Positions 26,134 to 35,193 of a stretch of DNA of 64,000 nucleotides are shown piece by piece. The stretch comes from Betaproteobacteria bacterium UBA5216. GTDB taxonomy: Bacteria; Pseudomonadota; Gammaproteobacteria; Burkholderiales; SG8-41. A model generated the notes under the pieces. The model made no database searches, was not told the DNA's origin, and saw nothing but the letters and a program-made list of their open reading frames with translations. How positions within the stretch are numbered: position 1 is the first letter of the stretch; each line of letters begins with the position of its first letter. A program made the translations under genes and the position numbers. The stretch is taken from the NCBI GenBank assembly GCA_002412495.1, contig DHVE01000066.1, positions 18,736-82,735 of the forward strand, read 5' to 3'.

Positions 26134-27009
26134 TCAGCCCCCGAACATTGCGTTGGTTTTGTAGCTGTAGAAGCCCCGCCCGGTCTTCCGCCCCAACTGC
26201 CCCGCGGCAATCATGCGCTTGACCAATGCTGGCACAGCAGCACGCGGCTCGTGCGTGGAGGAATACAGCGCTTCGGCCACCAGCAGATGCGTGTCCAGGC
26301 CCACGAGATCGAGCAATTCCAGCGGCCCCATCGGATACCCCAGCCCGGTTTTGATCGCGCGGTCGATGTCGGCGGGCGCGGCGACACCGGCCTCCACCAG
26401 CCGAATGGCATCGTTATTAAACGGCACCAGAAAATAATTGAGTATGAACCCGGGGTTGTCCTTGGTCTTCACCGGAATCTGGCCCATCGCCTTGGCGAAA
26501 TCCCACGCGGTCTGAAACGTGTCGTCGCTGGTGCGCAGCCCCGGCGACATTTCAATCAGCTTCATCAACTGCGCCGGCAGACAAAAATGCATCCCAACAA
26601 ATTTTTCATCGCGGCCGGAGCCTGCGGCAATTTCGGTAATCGACAGCGTGGACGTGTTAGATGCGAAAATGGTCTCGGGCTTGCAGGCCTTGTTCAATTG
26701 CGCCAGCAGATCGTGCTTGACCTTGAGATTCTCGAACACCGCTTCGATCACGATGTCGCACGACGCCAGGTCTTCGATGCGCGTGGTGCCCGACAGACCC
26801 GCCATGATTTTGTCCACATCGGGCTGCGTGAGCTTCTTGCGCTCCACCGACTTGGCGAAAAAGCCCTCGGTCTGCTTGCGCGCGCGGTCGAGCGCGGCTT
26901 GCTGCGTGTCGAAGACGATGGTTTTAAAACCCGCGCGCGCCGCGACAATCGCGATGCCCGCCCCCATGGTGCCGCTGCCGGCGACGCCTACGGTCTTGAT
27001 GTTGTGCAT
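26134..27009 (-). CDS. 3-hydroxybutyryl/3-hydroxyacyl-CoA dehydrogenase (NAD-binding)
   Basis: It has the Rossmann motif GVAGSGTMGAGIA, GFILNY, and a LGYPMGPLEL C-domain. Confidence 0.9.
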   Translation of the reverse strand: MHNIKTVGVAGSGTMGAGIAIVAARAGFKTIVFDTQQAALDRARKQTEGFFAKSVERKKLTQPDVDKIMAGLSGTTRIEDLASCDIVIEAVFENLKVKHDLLAQLNKACKPETIFASNTSTLSITEIAAGSGRDEKFVGMHFCLPAQLMKLIEMSPGLRTSDDTFQTAWDFAKAMGQIPVKTKDNPGFILNYFLVPFNNDAIRLVEAGVAAPADIDRAIKTGLGYPMGPLELLDLVGLDTHLLVAEALYSSTHEPRAAVPALVKRMIAAGQLGRKTGRGFYSYKTNAMFGG

Positions 27010-27030
27010 TTGAAAACCTTTAAAAACTTT

Positions 27031-27144
27031 GACGCGGATTTACGCAGATTGACGCCGATTTAAAACCACCCTCTGTCATTCCCGCCCACGCGGGAACGAC
27101 GGTGGAGGGGTTAATCGGCATTCATCTGCGTAAATCCGCGTTAA
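27031..27144. repeat. MITE-like element, copy B (about 35-bp terminal inverted repeats flanking one REP hairpin)
   Basis: The left arm gacgcggatttacgcagattgacgccgatttaaaacc pairs with the right arm ggttaatcggcattcatctgcgtaaatccgcgtt. The centre is gtcattcccgc-ccac-gcgggaacgac. Confidence 0.85.
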
Positions 27145-27147
27145 AAA

Positions 27148-28314
27148 TCACTTCTTCAAAAAACTCCGCCCAATCAACTGCCGATGCACCTGATTGGTGC
27201 CTTCCCAGATTTGCGTGATCTTTGCGTCCCGCATCAGCCGCTCGGCGCGAAAATCCTTGATGTAGCCGTAGCCGCCGTGCAGTTGCAGGGCGTCGGTAGT
27301 AATACGCATGGCGACGTCCGCCGCGCGCATTTTGAGCATCGACGACTCGACGCCGAAGTCGGTCGCACCGCCATCCACCCTACGCGCCACATACCACAAA
27401 AACGCTTCACACTGCGCGAGGTCGGTAGCCATGTCGGCAAGCATGAACTGAATGCCCTGAAACTCGACGATCCTGCGGCCGGATTGTTTGCGCTCGTTGA
27501 TGTAGTTCACCGCGTCCTCGAACGCGCCGCGCGCGATGCCCAGCGCGTGCGCCGCCACGCTTGGACGCGAACGGTTGAGCGAGGCAAGCAGTATCTTCAA
27601 ACCATCGCCGGGATTGCACAGCAGGTTGGCGCGCGGCACGCGGCAATTGTCAAACGCGAGCGTGGCGGTGCTGGAGGCGCGCAGGCCCATTTTGTCTTCC
27701 TCGCGCAGCACCTTCAGCCCCGGCGTGCCCTTTTCCATGATCAGCACGGAAATCGATGACTTGCTGTCCGCGATCTCCGTCCATTTGCCAAACACCAGGA
27801 GCAGATCGGCATGCGCGCCGTTGGTGATAAACGTTTTCGAGCCGTTGACGATGATGCTGTCGCCGTCGGGTTTAAACGACGTTTTCATGCCGGTCGCGTC
27901 CGAACCTGCAGTCGGCTCGGTGATTACCAGCGACGCCAGCGCGCCCTCGGCCACTTTGGGCAGCAGGCGTTTTTTCTGCTCCTCGTTGCCGAATTCAATC
28001 AGCGGTTTCATCGCGTGAAAGTTGGTTGCCCAAATCACGCCAGTGGAAGCGCAAGCCTTGCTGATCTCGCGCACGCATTCGAGATACGCCGCGTACGACA
28101 GTTGCGCGCCGCCGTACGCCTCGGGCACGAACATCGCGTTGAGCCCCAGCGCGTTGATCGCCTTCACGTTGTCCCACGGGAATTCGCCGCTCTTGTCATA
28201 TGCAGCGGCGCGCGGTGCGATTTGGTCGCGCGCCAGCGTGCGCACCGCGTCGATCAGCGCGCGCTCTTCGTCACTGAACGCGACGCTGTGATCCAGACGC
28301 TCAAAAACTTTCAT
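27148..28314 (-). CDS. acyl-CoA dehydrogenase
   Basis: The motifs TEPTAGSD, QLHGGYGY and the C-terminal IWEGTNQV are present. The start was set to ATG 28314 (MKVFERL..). Confidence 0.9.
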   Translation of the reverse strand: MKVFERLDHSVAFSDEERALIDAVRTLARDQIAPRAAAYDKSGEFPWDNVKAINALGLNAMFVPEAYGGAQLSYAAYLECVREISKACASTGVIWATNFHAMKPLIEFGNEEQKKRLLPKVAEGALASLVITEPTAGSDATGMKTSFKPDGDSIIVNGSKTFITNGAHADLLLVFGKWTEIADSKSSISVLIMEKGTPGLKVLREEDKMGLRASSTATLAFDNCRVPRANLLCNPGDGLKILLASLNRSRPSVAAHALGIARGAFEDAVNYINERKQSGRRIVEFQGIQFMLADMATDLAQCEAFLWYVARRVDGGATDFGVESSMLKMRAADVAMRITTDALQLHGGYGYIKDFRAERLMRDAKITQIWEGTNQVHRQLIGRSFLKK

Positions 28315-28353
28315 CAACACCCTTATGAATAATCGTTTAAAAACAAATGCTTA

Positions 28354-29094
28354 TCAATGCGCCATGCCCTGGCCACCATCGATGTAAATGGTTTCGCCAT
28401 TCAGAAACGGAATGTCTTCGCCGAAAATCGCCGCCACCAGTTTGGCGATGTCCTGCGGCGTGCCATGCTTGCCGCCGGGGATGCGCTTCGCCAGAAACTC
28501 GCGCAGCGGCCCCTTGAAGGCGTCGCGATTCAAATCGGTCTCGATATAACCCGGCGCAACATCCAACACGCGAATATTCTTGGACGCCCACTCCACCGCG
28601 AGACAGCGCGTGATCGCGCCCACCGCCGCCTTGGATGCGCAGTAGGCGACGTTGCGCTTGACGCCGACTTTGTCGAAAAATGAACCGATGTTGACGATGA
28701 TGCCGCCACCCGCCTTGACGAGATGCGGATACGCCTCGCGGCACGCCGTAAACACGGCCGTGGCGTTGGTACTCATCACCTGGTTGTAAACATCGAGTGT
28801 CAGTTTGTCGCTCGGGCCGTCGAGATGAATGCCGGCGTTGTTGACGAGGCCGTGGATGGCCCCCGTCTGCGCCGCCACCGTGACGAGCGCCTGTTTGACG
28901 CTGGCTTCATCGTTGACATCACAACGCGCATTGACGAGTCGGGGCGCAAGTTCAGTCGGCACGGCAACTTCCGGCCCCGTGCCCTTGCGCGTGAGACACG
29001 CCACGGTGTAGCCGCGCCGCGCGAGTTCCAGCGCGATAGTGGCGCCGATGCCGCGGCTCGCGCCGGTCACGACTATGGTTCGGGACTGCGTCAC
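28354..29094 (-). CDS. SDR family oxidoreductase (candidate 2-hydroxyacyl-CoA dehydrogenase, BadH-like role)
   Basis: It has TGASRGIG, NNAG and the catalytic YCASK. A GTG start follows immediately after the TAG of the upstream hydratase gene. Confidence 0.85.
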   Translation of the reverse strand: MTQSRTIVVTGASRGIGATIALELARRGYTVACLTRKGTGPEVAVPTELAPRLVNARCDVNDEASVKQALVTVAAQTGAIHGLVNNAGIHLDGPSDKLTLDVYNQVMSTNATAVFTACREAYPHLVKAGGGIIVNIGSFFDKVGVKRNVAYCASKAAVGAITRCLAVEWASKNIRVLDVAPGYIETDLNRDAFKGPLREFLAKRIPGGKHGTPQDIAKLVAAIFGEDIPFLNGETIYIDGGQGMAH

Positions 29095-29862
29095 CTATTT
29101 ATCCTTGAACGCCGGCTTGCGCTTTTCGGCAAACGCCGCCATGCCCTCTTTTGAATCTTCAGTCTGGAACGCCAGCGTGCCCAGATCGGTTTCGATTTTC
29201 AATCCTTCGTTGAGCGGCGTCTCTCCGGCGCGCTTGACCGCATCACGCGCGAAACTCAGCACCGGCAGGCTGTAGCCTGAAAACTCGCGCGCAAACGCAA
29301 TCCCCGCCGCTACCGCGTCGCCTTCGACCACGCGGCTCACGAGCCCTATGCGCAGCGCCTCTTCGGCATCCACCGTGCGCCCGGTCATCACCATTTCGAG
29401 CGCGCGCGCCTCGCCCACCACGCGCGGCAGGCGCTGCGTGCCGCCGTAGCCGGGAATCAGCCCGAGCTTGATTTCCGGCGTGCCCATCTTCGCGTTCTTG
29501 GTAGCGAGTCGAAACGTACACGCGAGGGCAAGCTCCATGCCGCCGCCGAACGCGTAGCCGTTGATCACCGCCACCGACGGAATCGGAAACGTATCGAGCT
29601 TGGCAAACGTCGCCTGCCCCAATTCGCCGCCGCGTTTTTGCGCCATCAGGCCACGGCCTTGCAGCTCCTTGATATCCGCGCCGGCGCAAAACGCCTTGGG
29701 CCCAGCACCGGTGATGATCAGCGCGCGCGCGTCGCTCTTGGCCACTTCGTCAAAACAGCGACTCAAATCACCAATCAACGACATCGACAACGCGTTCAGC
29801 GCGTCGGGACGATTCAACGTGATTAGGGCGAATTCTTCAACGCGGGTTAGTTCTATGGCCAT
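29095..29862 (-). CDS. enoyl-CoA hydratase/isomerase (crotonase) family protein
   Basis: It has the oxyanion-hole region INGYAFGGGMELALAC. GAGGAG lies upstream of the ATG. Confidence 0.9.
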   Translation of the reverse strand: MAIELTRVEEFALITLNRPDALNALSMSLIGDLSRCFDEVAKSDARALIITGAGPKAFCAGADIKELQGRGLMAQKRGGELGQATFAKLDTFPIPSVAVINGYAFGGGMELALACTFRLATKNAKMGTPEIKLGLIPGYGGTQRLPRVVGEARALEMVMTGRTVDAEEALRIGLVSRVVEGDAVAAGIAFAREFSGYSLPVLSFARDAVKRAGETPLNEGLKIETDLGTLAFQTEDSKEGMAAFAEKRKPAFKDK

Positions 29863-29874
29863 ACCTGTACTCCT

Positions 29875-31515
29875 CTATTTGGGCGCAACCCACCGCACCG
29901 GCGCCGGCGCAATCTTCCCCGCCTTCACCCACTCCACCAATTCGCGCTTCAATATCTTGCCGCTGGCGGTGAGCGGAAACGCGTCCATACGGATAAAAAA
30001 TTCCGGCATGTCGTATTTGGACAACCCCGTGTCATTCAGGTGCGCGAGCAATTGATCGGGCGCCACGTCGCTGCCATCGCGCGCGATGATGGCGAGACAC
30101 ACACGCTCGCCCAACCGCTGGTCGGCCACCGGGAAAGCCGCCGCCTTCAACACCGCCGCGTGTTTTAACGCGAGGTTCTCGATGCGCGACGGATGGATGT
30201 TATGCCCGCCGCGAATAATCAGGTCTTTTTTGCGGCCCACAATTTGCAGGTTGCCGTGTTCATCCATGCGACCCAGATCGCCGCTCATGAACCAGCCGCT
30301 CGCGTTGAACGAGTTCTCCGTGGCCACCTGATTGTTGAAGTAGCCGAGCATCAGCAGCGCGCCGCGTGTACCGATTTCGCCGATGTCGCCAGGCTTGGTC
30401 ACTTCGATGTCGGGATTTTCCTGATCCCACAATCTTGTTTCGTAGCCGTGGCAGGCGCGGCCGCAGGTGGTGGTGATGATCTCCACCGTGTCGTCGGGCA
30501 TGGTGTATTGATGCGAGCCGTTTTCGGTCATGCCGTAGATGTTCTGCGGCTTGATGCCCATGTCGAGAAACGCGCGCGCGGTCTGCGGCGGGATGGTCGA
30601 GCCGGCCATGTAAAACAAATTGACCTTACCCAGATTCGACAGGCCACGCTGTTTGGCGTCCGCCAGAATATCAATCGCGTGCGTGGGCACGCCCATCACA
30701 TACGTGGCACCTGTTTCCAGCAAACCATCGAGCGGTTTCATGCCGGGCTTCAAATCATTCAGCACCAGCTCAAAGCCCGCGCACAGGCTTTGCGCCACCG
30801 CCACGGTGGCGATGTGATGCGACAACGGGCTGTGGGTGTAAAGCACCGTGCGTTCATCGTGATGCCAGTCATGCACCATCGCGCGGCCATTGGCGAGCAA
30901 GGTGTTGTCGGAATGCAGCACGCCCTTGGGCATACCCGTGGTGCCGGAAGTGAAAGCGAGATAAACGATTTTGTCAGGGTCGGTGTCTACCGGCGGCAGC
31001 GCCGTCGGCGCTACGTTCTGCGCGGGAAAATCCCCCGCATCCAACCGATACACACGCTTCATGGCCGGCAACGCCTTCGCCGCCGCGAACACATCTACCT
31101 TGTCCGCGTCCGCGCCATAACCCGCCTGCGCGAACAATGCCGCCGTCTCGATACGCTCCATCAACGTGACAATTTCACCGACGGTGTAGTTCTGATGCAG
31201 CGAGGGATTGCACACGTAACCGTTGCGCGAACAGGCGAGAAACACCACCGCGGCTTCGACGCGATTGGGCAGCCACACCGAGACGCGCTGGCCGCGCTTC
31301 AAACCCGCGGCGTGCATATCGGCGGCGAGCGCATCGATCCACGCCACCAATTGTTGCCAGGTCAGCCGATGACGGCTGTCACGCAAGGCAAAGGCTTGCG
31401 GCCGCGCGCGCGCGTGCTGCGCGGCGAGCGTGTACAGAGTGTCGTTTTTCCACCAGCCGGCTTCGTAGTAGCGTCGGGCGGTTTGGGGATTGTGTAGTGT
31501 CAGTAAGGTAGACAT
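29875..31515 (-). CDS. AMP-binding acyl-CoA ligase (cyclohexanecarboxylate-CoA ligase-like)
   Basis: It has the AMP motif LAFTSGTTGMPKGV, GDLGRMDEHGNLQIVGRKKD and a C-terminal SGKILKRE. Confidence 0.85.
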   Translation of the reverse strand: MSTLLTLHNPQTARRYYEAGWWKNDTLYTLAAQHARARPQAFALRDSRHRLTWQQLVAWIDALAADMHAAGLKRGQRVSVWLPNRVEAAVVFLACSRNGYVCNPSLHQNYTVGEIVTLMERIETAALFAQAGYGADADKVDVFAAAKALPAMKRVYRLDAGDFPAQNVAPTALPPVDTDPDKIVYLAFTSGTTGMPKGVLHSDNTLLANGRAMVHDWHHDERTVLYTHSPLSHHIATVAVAQSLCAGFELVLNDLKPGMKPLDGLLETGATYVMGVPTHAIDILADAKQRGLSNLGKVNLFYMAGSTIPPQTARAFLDMGIKPQNIYGMTENGSHQYTMPDDTVEIITTTCGRACHGYETRLWDQENPDIEVTKPGDIGEIGTRGALLMLGYFNNQVATENSFNASGWFMSGDLGRMDEHGNLQIVGRKKDLIIRGGHNIHPSRIENLALKHAAVLKAAAFPVADQRLGERVCLAIIARDGSDVAPDQLLAHLNDTGLSKYDMPEFFIRMDAFPLTASGKILKRELVEWVKAGKIAPAPVRWVAPK

Positions 31516-31527
31516 CTAAAACCTGTT

Positions 31528-31716
31528 TGCCGCAGATTTCACTGATTTACACAGATAAAATCTCCACTGTCGTTCCCGCGAAAGCGGGAACCCATAACAC
31601 AGTGCCACTTGCGTTAGGGTTCCCCATCCTACATTCCCCAAGGGGAAGGGGATACCCGCTTTCGCGGGAATGACGGGTGTGGGTTTTAAACCGCGTTCAT
31701 CTGTGAAATCTGTGGC
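31528..31716. repeat. nested palindromic REP/MITE-like element, copy C (fullest copy)
   Basis: The outer arms are gccgcagatttcactgatttacacagataaaatc and ttaaaccgcgttcatctgtgaaatctgtggc. The inner part holds inverted REP hairpins (gttcccgcGAAAgcgggaac and acccgcTTTCgcgggaat), and the centre is ttcccc-aa-ggggaa. Confidence 0.9.
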
Positions 31717-31741
31717 TAAGTATTTGACGTTGAAGTTGAAC

Positions 31742-32521
31742 TCAGTGCCCAAACGTATCCGTATCCGGCTTGCGTTTACCCCGGAACGATGCGCCCAACT
31801 CTTTCGACTCATCCGTATCCAGGTACAAGCGCAACAACAAATCATGCGACACGCGCGCAAGACCGGATACGCCGGTATGCCTTGCCGTGAACGCGGCTTT
31901 GAGTGAAGCCAGCGCGAACGCGCCGCGATCGGCGATTTCCAGTGCCATCTTGCGGGTTTCTTCTTTCAGCTTGTCATCGGGAACGACCTTGTTGATAAGG
32001 CCGATCTCCAGCGCCTCTTTCGAGGACAGACGCGGATTGGCGAACCACATTTCCTTGGCCTTCTTCTTGCCAACCAGGTCTTCGAGATACCAGGTGCCGT
32101 AGCCCGCGTCGAAACTGCCCATCATCGGGCCTACCTGGCGGAACACCGCGCTTTCCTTGGCGATGGTGATATCGCACATCACTTGCAGCACTTGCCCGCC
32201 GCCCACCGCGTAGCCGTTGACCATGGCGATCACCGGCTTTTGCAGACGCTCCAGACTTTCATAAATTTCCAGCGTCGGCAGCATACCGGCGTAAAGGGTG
32301 GTGTCTTCAAGACCATCCTTGCGCCCGCCGATGCAGAAAAATTTGTCGCCCGCGCCGGTGATGACCAGCACGCGCGTGCGTGTCTCGCGGCGGATGTCGT
32401 TGATGCAGTCACGAATTTCGTGACACATCTCGGCAGTAAACATATTGCCATCGTCCGGGCGGTTGAGCGTCAACCAGCCGATGGCGCCTTCTTCTTCATA
32501 AATGATTGTTTTAAAAGACAT
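31742..32521 (-). CDS. MenB/BadI-subfamily crotonase (candidate 2-ketocyclohexanecarboxyl-CoA hydrolase-like ring-cleaving enzyme)
   Basis: FRQVGPMMGSFDAGYGTWYL..GKKKAKEMWF and LYLDTDESKE..GKRKPD closely resemble, from memory, the signature regions of MenB and BadI. No men genes are nearby. Confidence 0.7.
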   Translation of the reverse strand: MSFKTIIYEEEGAIGWLTLNRPDDGNMFTAEMCHEIRDCINDIRRETRTRVLVITGAGDKFFCIGGRKDGLEDTTLYAGMLPTLEIYESLERLQKPVIAMVNGYAVGGGQVLQVMCDITIAKESAVFRQVGPMMGSFDAGYGTWYLEDLVGKKKAKEMWFANPRLSSKEALEIGLINKVVPDDKLKEETRKMALEIADRGAFALASLKAAFTARHTGVSGLARVSHDLLLRLYLDTDESKELGASFRGKRKPDTDTFGH

Positions 32522-32523
32522 TT

Positions 32524-33816
32524 TTAGATAACCTTGTTCTCTTTTAGTTTGGACACTTTAACCGCATCGTAGCCCAGCAAACCACCCAGCACCGCCTCAT
32601 TGTGTTCACCCAACAACGGCGGCGCACTTCGCCAACTCGCGTTGTTGTCGTCCACCGCGATGCCCAAACCGACCTGCGGAATTTTTCGCGTGCCTTCCTT
32701 GCTTGCGTGTACTGCGGTGTAAAACAACCCGCGCGCCATCAACTCGGTGTCGCTCGCCACTTCGTCGGCGCTGTTCACCGGGCCGGCGGGCACGTTGTGC
32801 TGTACAAAGAGTTTCAGCCAGTGTTCGCGCGGTTGCGTCAGCAATACTGCCTGCGTTTTTTCAACGATCTCGGCGCGCACTTCGCAGCGCTTCGCATTGG
32901 TGGCATAGCGTGGATCGTCGGCCACCGCCGGTTGCCCCACGGCCTGCCAGAAGCGTTTGAAGATACCGTCGTTGCCCAGGCCCAGTGTAATCGGCCGGTC
33001 TTGCGTATCAAACGTTTGATACACCGAAATCACGCTGTCTTTCGCACCGCTGCGGTGCGACACGATGCCGGAACCGAGATACGGCACGATACGCGGCGAC
33101 ATGAAACGCGTCATGCTGTCGATCATGGCAATGTCGATTTTGTGGCCCCTACCCGAACGCTGGCGATCAAACAATGCCGCCAAAGTGGCATAAGCCGCAT
33201 CCATGCCCGCGATCAAATCCGCCGCCGGCGTGCCGACTTTCTGAGGCGGGCTGTCAGCCTCGCCGGTTAAATCCATCACGCCGCTATACCCCTCGGCAAT
33301 CAGGTCGTAGCACGGAAAATCCTTCCGCGCGCCCTTCAATCCAAAGCCCGACAGCGACACATGCACGATGTCCGCGCGCACCGCCGCGAGGGCAGCGTGA
33401 TCGACACCCAGTTTTTTCTGTACTCGATCCGTGAGGTTGACGATCACCACATCCACGCGGCGGACGATGTCGTGCAGCACTGCGCGCCCGGCGTCGCTGG
33501 TGTAATCGAGCGTGACGCTTTGCTTGTTGCGGTTCACACTCAAAAACCACAGTGATTCGCCATCCAGCCACGGTGGCCCCCACGCGCGGCAATCGTCGCC
33601 CTTGCCCGGACGCTCGATCTTGATGACTTCTGCGCCCATGTCGCCCAGCAGCATTGCCGCGTACGGTCCCGCAATTGACGTCGTCAAATCCAGCACGGTA
33701 ACGCCCTTCAACAGCGCGAGCGGCGCGCCACTGGGTGGGGCGGGTAATTTATCGAGTGGCAACACAGCGTATCCAGTCAAGGCATGGAGGATGATTTCAG
33801 CGGGCGCTACCCGCAT
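32524..33816 (-). CDS. CaiB/BaiF family III CoA-transferase
   Basis: It has VTVLDLTTSIAGPYAAMLLGDMGAEVIKIERP. ATG 33816 overlaps the upstream gene by 20 nt, and an internal TTG or GTG start is also possible. Confidence 0.85.
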   Translation of the reverse strand: MRVAPAEIILHALTGYAVLPLDKLPAPPSGAPLALLKGVTVLDLTTSIAGPYAAMLLGDMGAEVIKIERPGKGDDCRAWGPPWLDGESLWFLSVNRNKQSVTLDYTSDAGRAVLHDIVRRVDVVIVNLTDRVQKKLGVDHAALAAVRADIVHVSLSGFGLKGARKDFPCYDLIAEGYSGVMDLTGEADSPPQKVGTPAADLIAGMDAAYATLAALFDRQRSGRGHKIDIAMIDSMTRFMSPRIVPYLGSGIVSHRSGAKDSVISVYQTFDTQDRPITLGLGNDGIFKRFWQAVGQPAVADDPRYATNAKRCEVRAEIVEKTQAVLLTQPREHWLKLFVQHNVPAGPVNSADEVASDTELMARGLFYTAVHASKEGTRKIPQVGLGIAVDDNNASWRSAPPLLGEHNEAVLGGLLGYDAVKVSKLKENKVI

Positions 33817-34207
33817 TCAACGCGTCGTCGTAGGCTTTTGCGGCGGCGGATTCCTTGGCCTTTGCGGCGTCGCGCGCCTTGGCCAAATTCGCGAGATTGC
33901 CCTTCAGCGCATCGGCGCGCTTTTGCGCATCGCGATAGACGTCATCGGCATTCACGTAGTCCTGCTCCGCCAGTTTGCTTTCGTATCGCGCCTGCTCCAG
34001 CGCGCGATACGCCGCGCTAGTACGCTGCTGCTGCGGCAGCGATGTACCGGCACCGGCGCCACGCTCCTCGACTTGCGCGCGTTGGGGCTTGGCGGCGGGT
34101 GGTGCTGCCGGTGCGGCGGCGGGCGGCGTCTGCGCGCCGGCCATGCCCGCCCACAAACACAGGAGCGGAGCGACCAGCACGCAACGAGAAGACGAACGCA
34201 CAAACAT
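33797..34207 (-). CDS. hypothetical secreted Ala-rich coiled-coil-like protein
   Basis: The signal peptide (..WAGMAGAQ) is followed by PAAAP tracts and a charged helical segment. The ATG lies 2 nt after the stop of the upstream qor-like gene. Confidence 0.55.
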   Translation of the reverse strand: MFVRSSSRCVLVAPLLCLWAGMAGAQTPPAAAPAAPPAAKPQRAQVEERGAGAGTSLPQQQRTSAAYRALEQARYESKLAEQDYVNADDVYRDAQKRADALKGNLANLAKARDAAKAKESAAAKAYDDALNAGSAR

Positions 34208-34209
34208 GC

Positions 34210-35193
34210 TTACGGCAGCAACACCGTTGATCCGGTAGTCTTGCGGCCTTCAAGATCACGATGGGCCTGCGCCGCTTCGCGCAGCGGGTAGGTCTGATTA
34301 ATTGAAATTTTTACCGCGCCCTTTTTTACCACGGAGAACAAATCCCGCGCAGCGGCATCCAGGTCTTCGCGCGTCGCGGTGTAATTCACCAGCGTCGGCC
34401 GCGTCAGGAACAGCGAACCTTTCTGCGCGAGCAGCCCGATATTCACCGGCGGCACCGCACCCGAGGCATTACCGAAGCTCGCCATCATGCCCAGCGGCGA
34501 AAGGCAATCGAGCGACTCCATGAATGTTTCTTTGCCGATGCCGTCGTAGACCACCGGCACGCCACGTCCCTTGGTGATATCGCGCACACGCTGCGAAATT
34601 TTCTCATTGGCGGCGACAATCACATGCTTGCAGCCGGCTTTTTTCGCTGCCGTAACCTTGGCGTCACTGCCCACCGTGCCGATCACCATGGCGCCCAGAT
34701 GCTTGCCCCATTGACACAAAATCTGCCCCACGCCGCCGGCCGCCGCGTGCACCAATATCGTGTCGCCTTTTTTCACCTTATACGTGCGGCGCAGCAGATA
34801 CCACGCGGTCATGCCTTTCAGCATCATGGCCGCCGCCGCTTGATCGCTGATGCCAGCGGGAATTTTCACCAGCCGCGCCGCCGGGCGTATCAACACTTCG
34901 GCATAGGCGCCGATCGGTTGTGCATAGGCCACGCGATCTCCCGCCTTAAAGCCCTTCACTTTGGGCCCCACCGCTTCGATCACGCCCGCGCCTTCGGAGC
35001 CCAGCGTCAGCGGCATCGGCATCGGATAGAGTCCGCTGCGATGATAGGTGTCGATAAAGTTAAGACCAATCGCGGTATTGCGCACACGAACTTCGCCGGG
35101 GCCCGGGTCACCCACCATCACCTCTTCCCATTGCAGGACTTCGGGACCGCCGGTCTGATGCGCGCGTATGGCGCGCGACGTAACAGATGTCAT
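34210..35193 (-). CDS. NADPH:quinone reductase (zeta-crystallin-type MDR)
   Basis: It has AAAGGVG and a Qor-like N-terminus (AIRAHQTGGPEVLQWEEV). The start was set to ATG 35193, preceded by GGAGA. Confidence 0.85.
   Translation of the reverse strand: MTSVTSRAIRAHQTGGPEVLQWEEVMVGDPGPGEVRVRNTAIGLNFIDTYHRSGLYPMPMPLTLGSEGAGVIEAVGPKVKGFKAGDRVAYAQPIGAYAEVLIRPAARLVKIPAGISDQAAAAMMLKGMTAWYLLRRTYKVKKGDTILVHAAAGGVGQILCQWGKHLGAMVIGTVGSDAKVTAAKKAGCKHVIVAANEKISQRVRDITKGRGVPVVYDGIGKETFMESLDCLSPLGMMASFGNASGAVPPVNIGLLAQKGSLFLTRPTLVNYTATREDLDAAARDLFSVVKKGAVKISINQTYPLREAAQAHRDLEGRKTTGSTVLLP

Noticed and set aside
30193-31497. 434-aa plus-strand ORF
   Set aside because: It is antisense to the AMP-ligase gene, and the translation is low-complexity Arg/His-rich. 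It is a shadow ORF.
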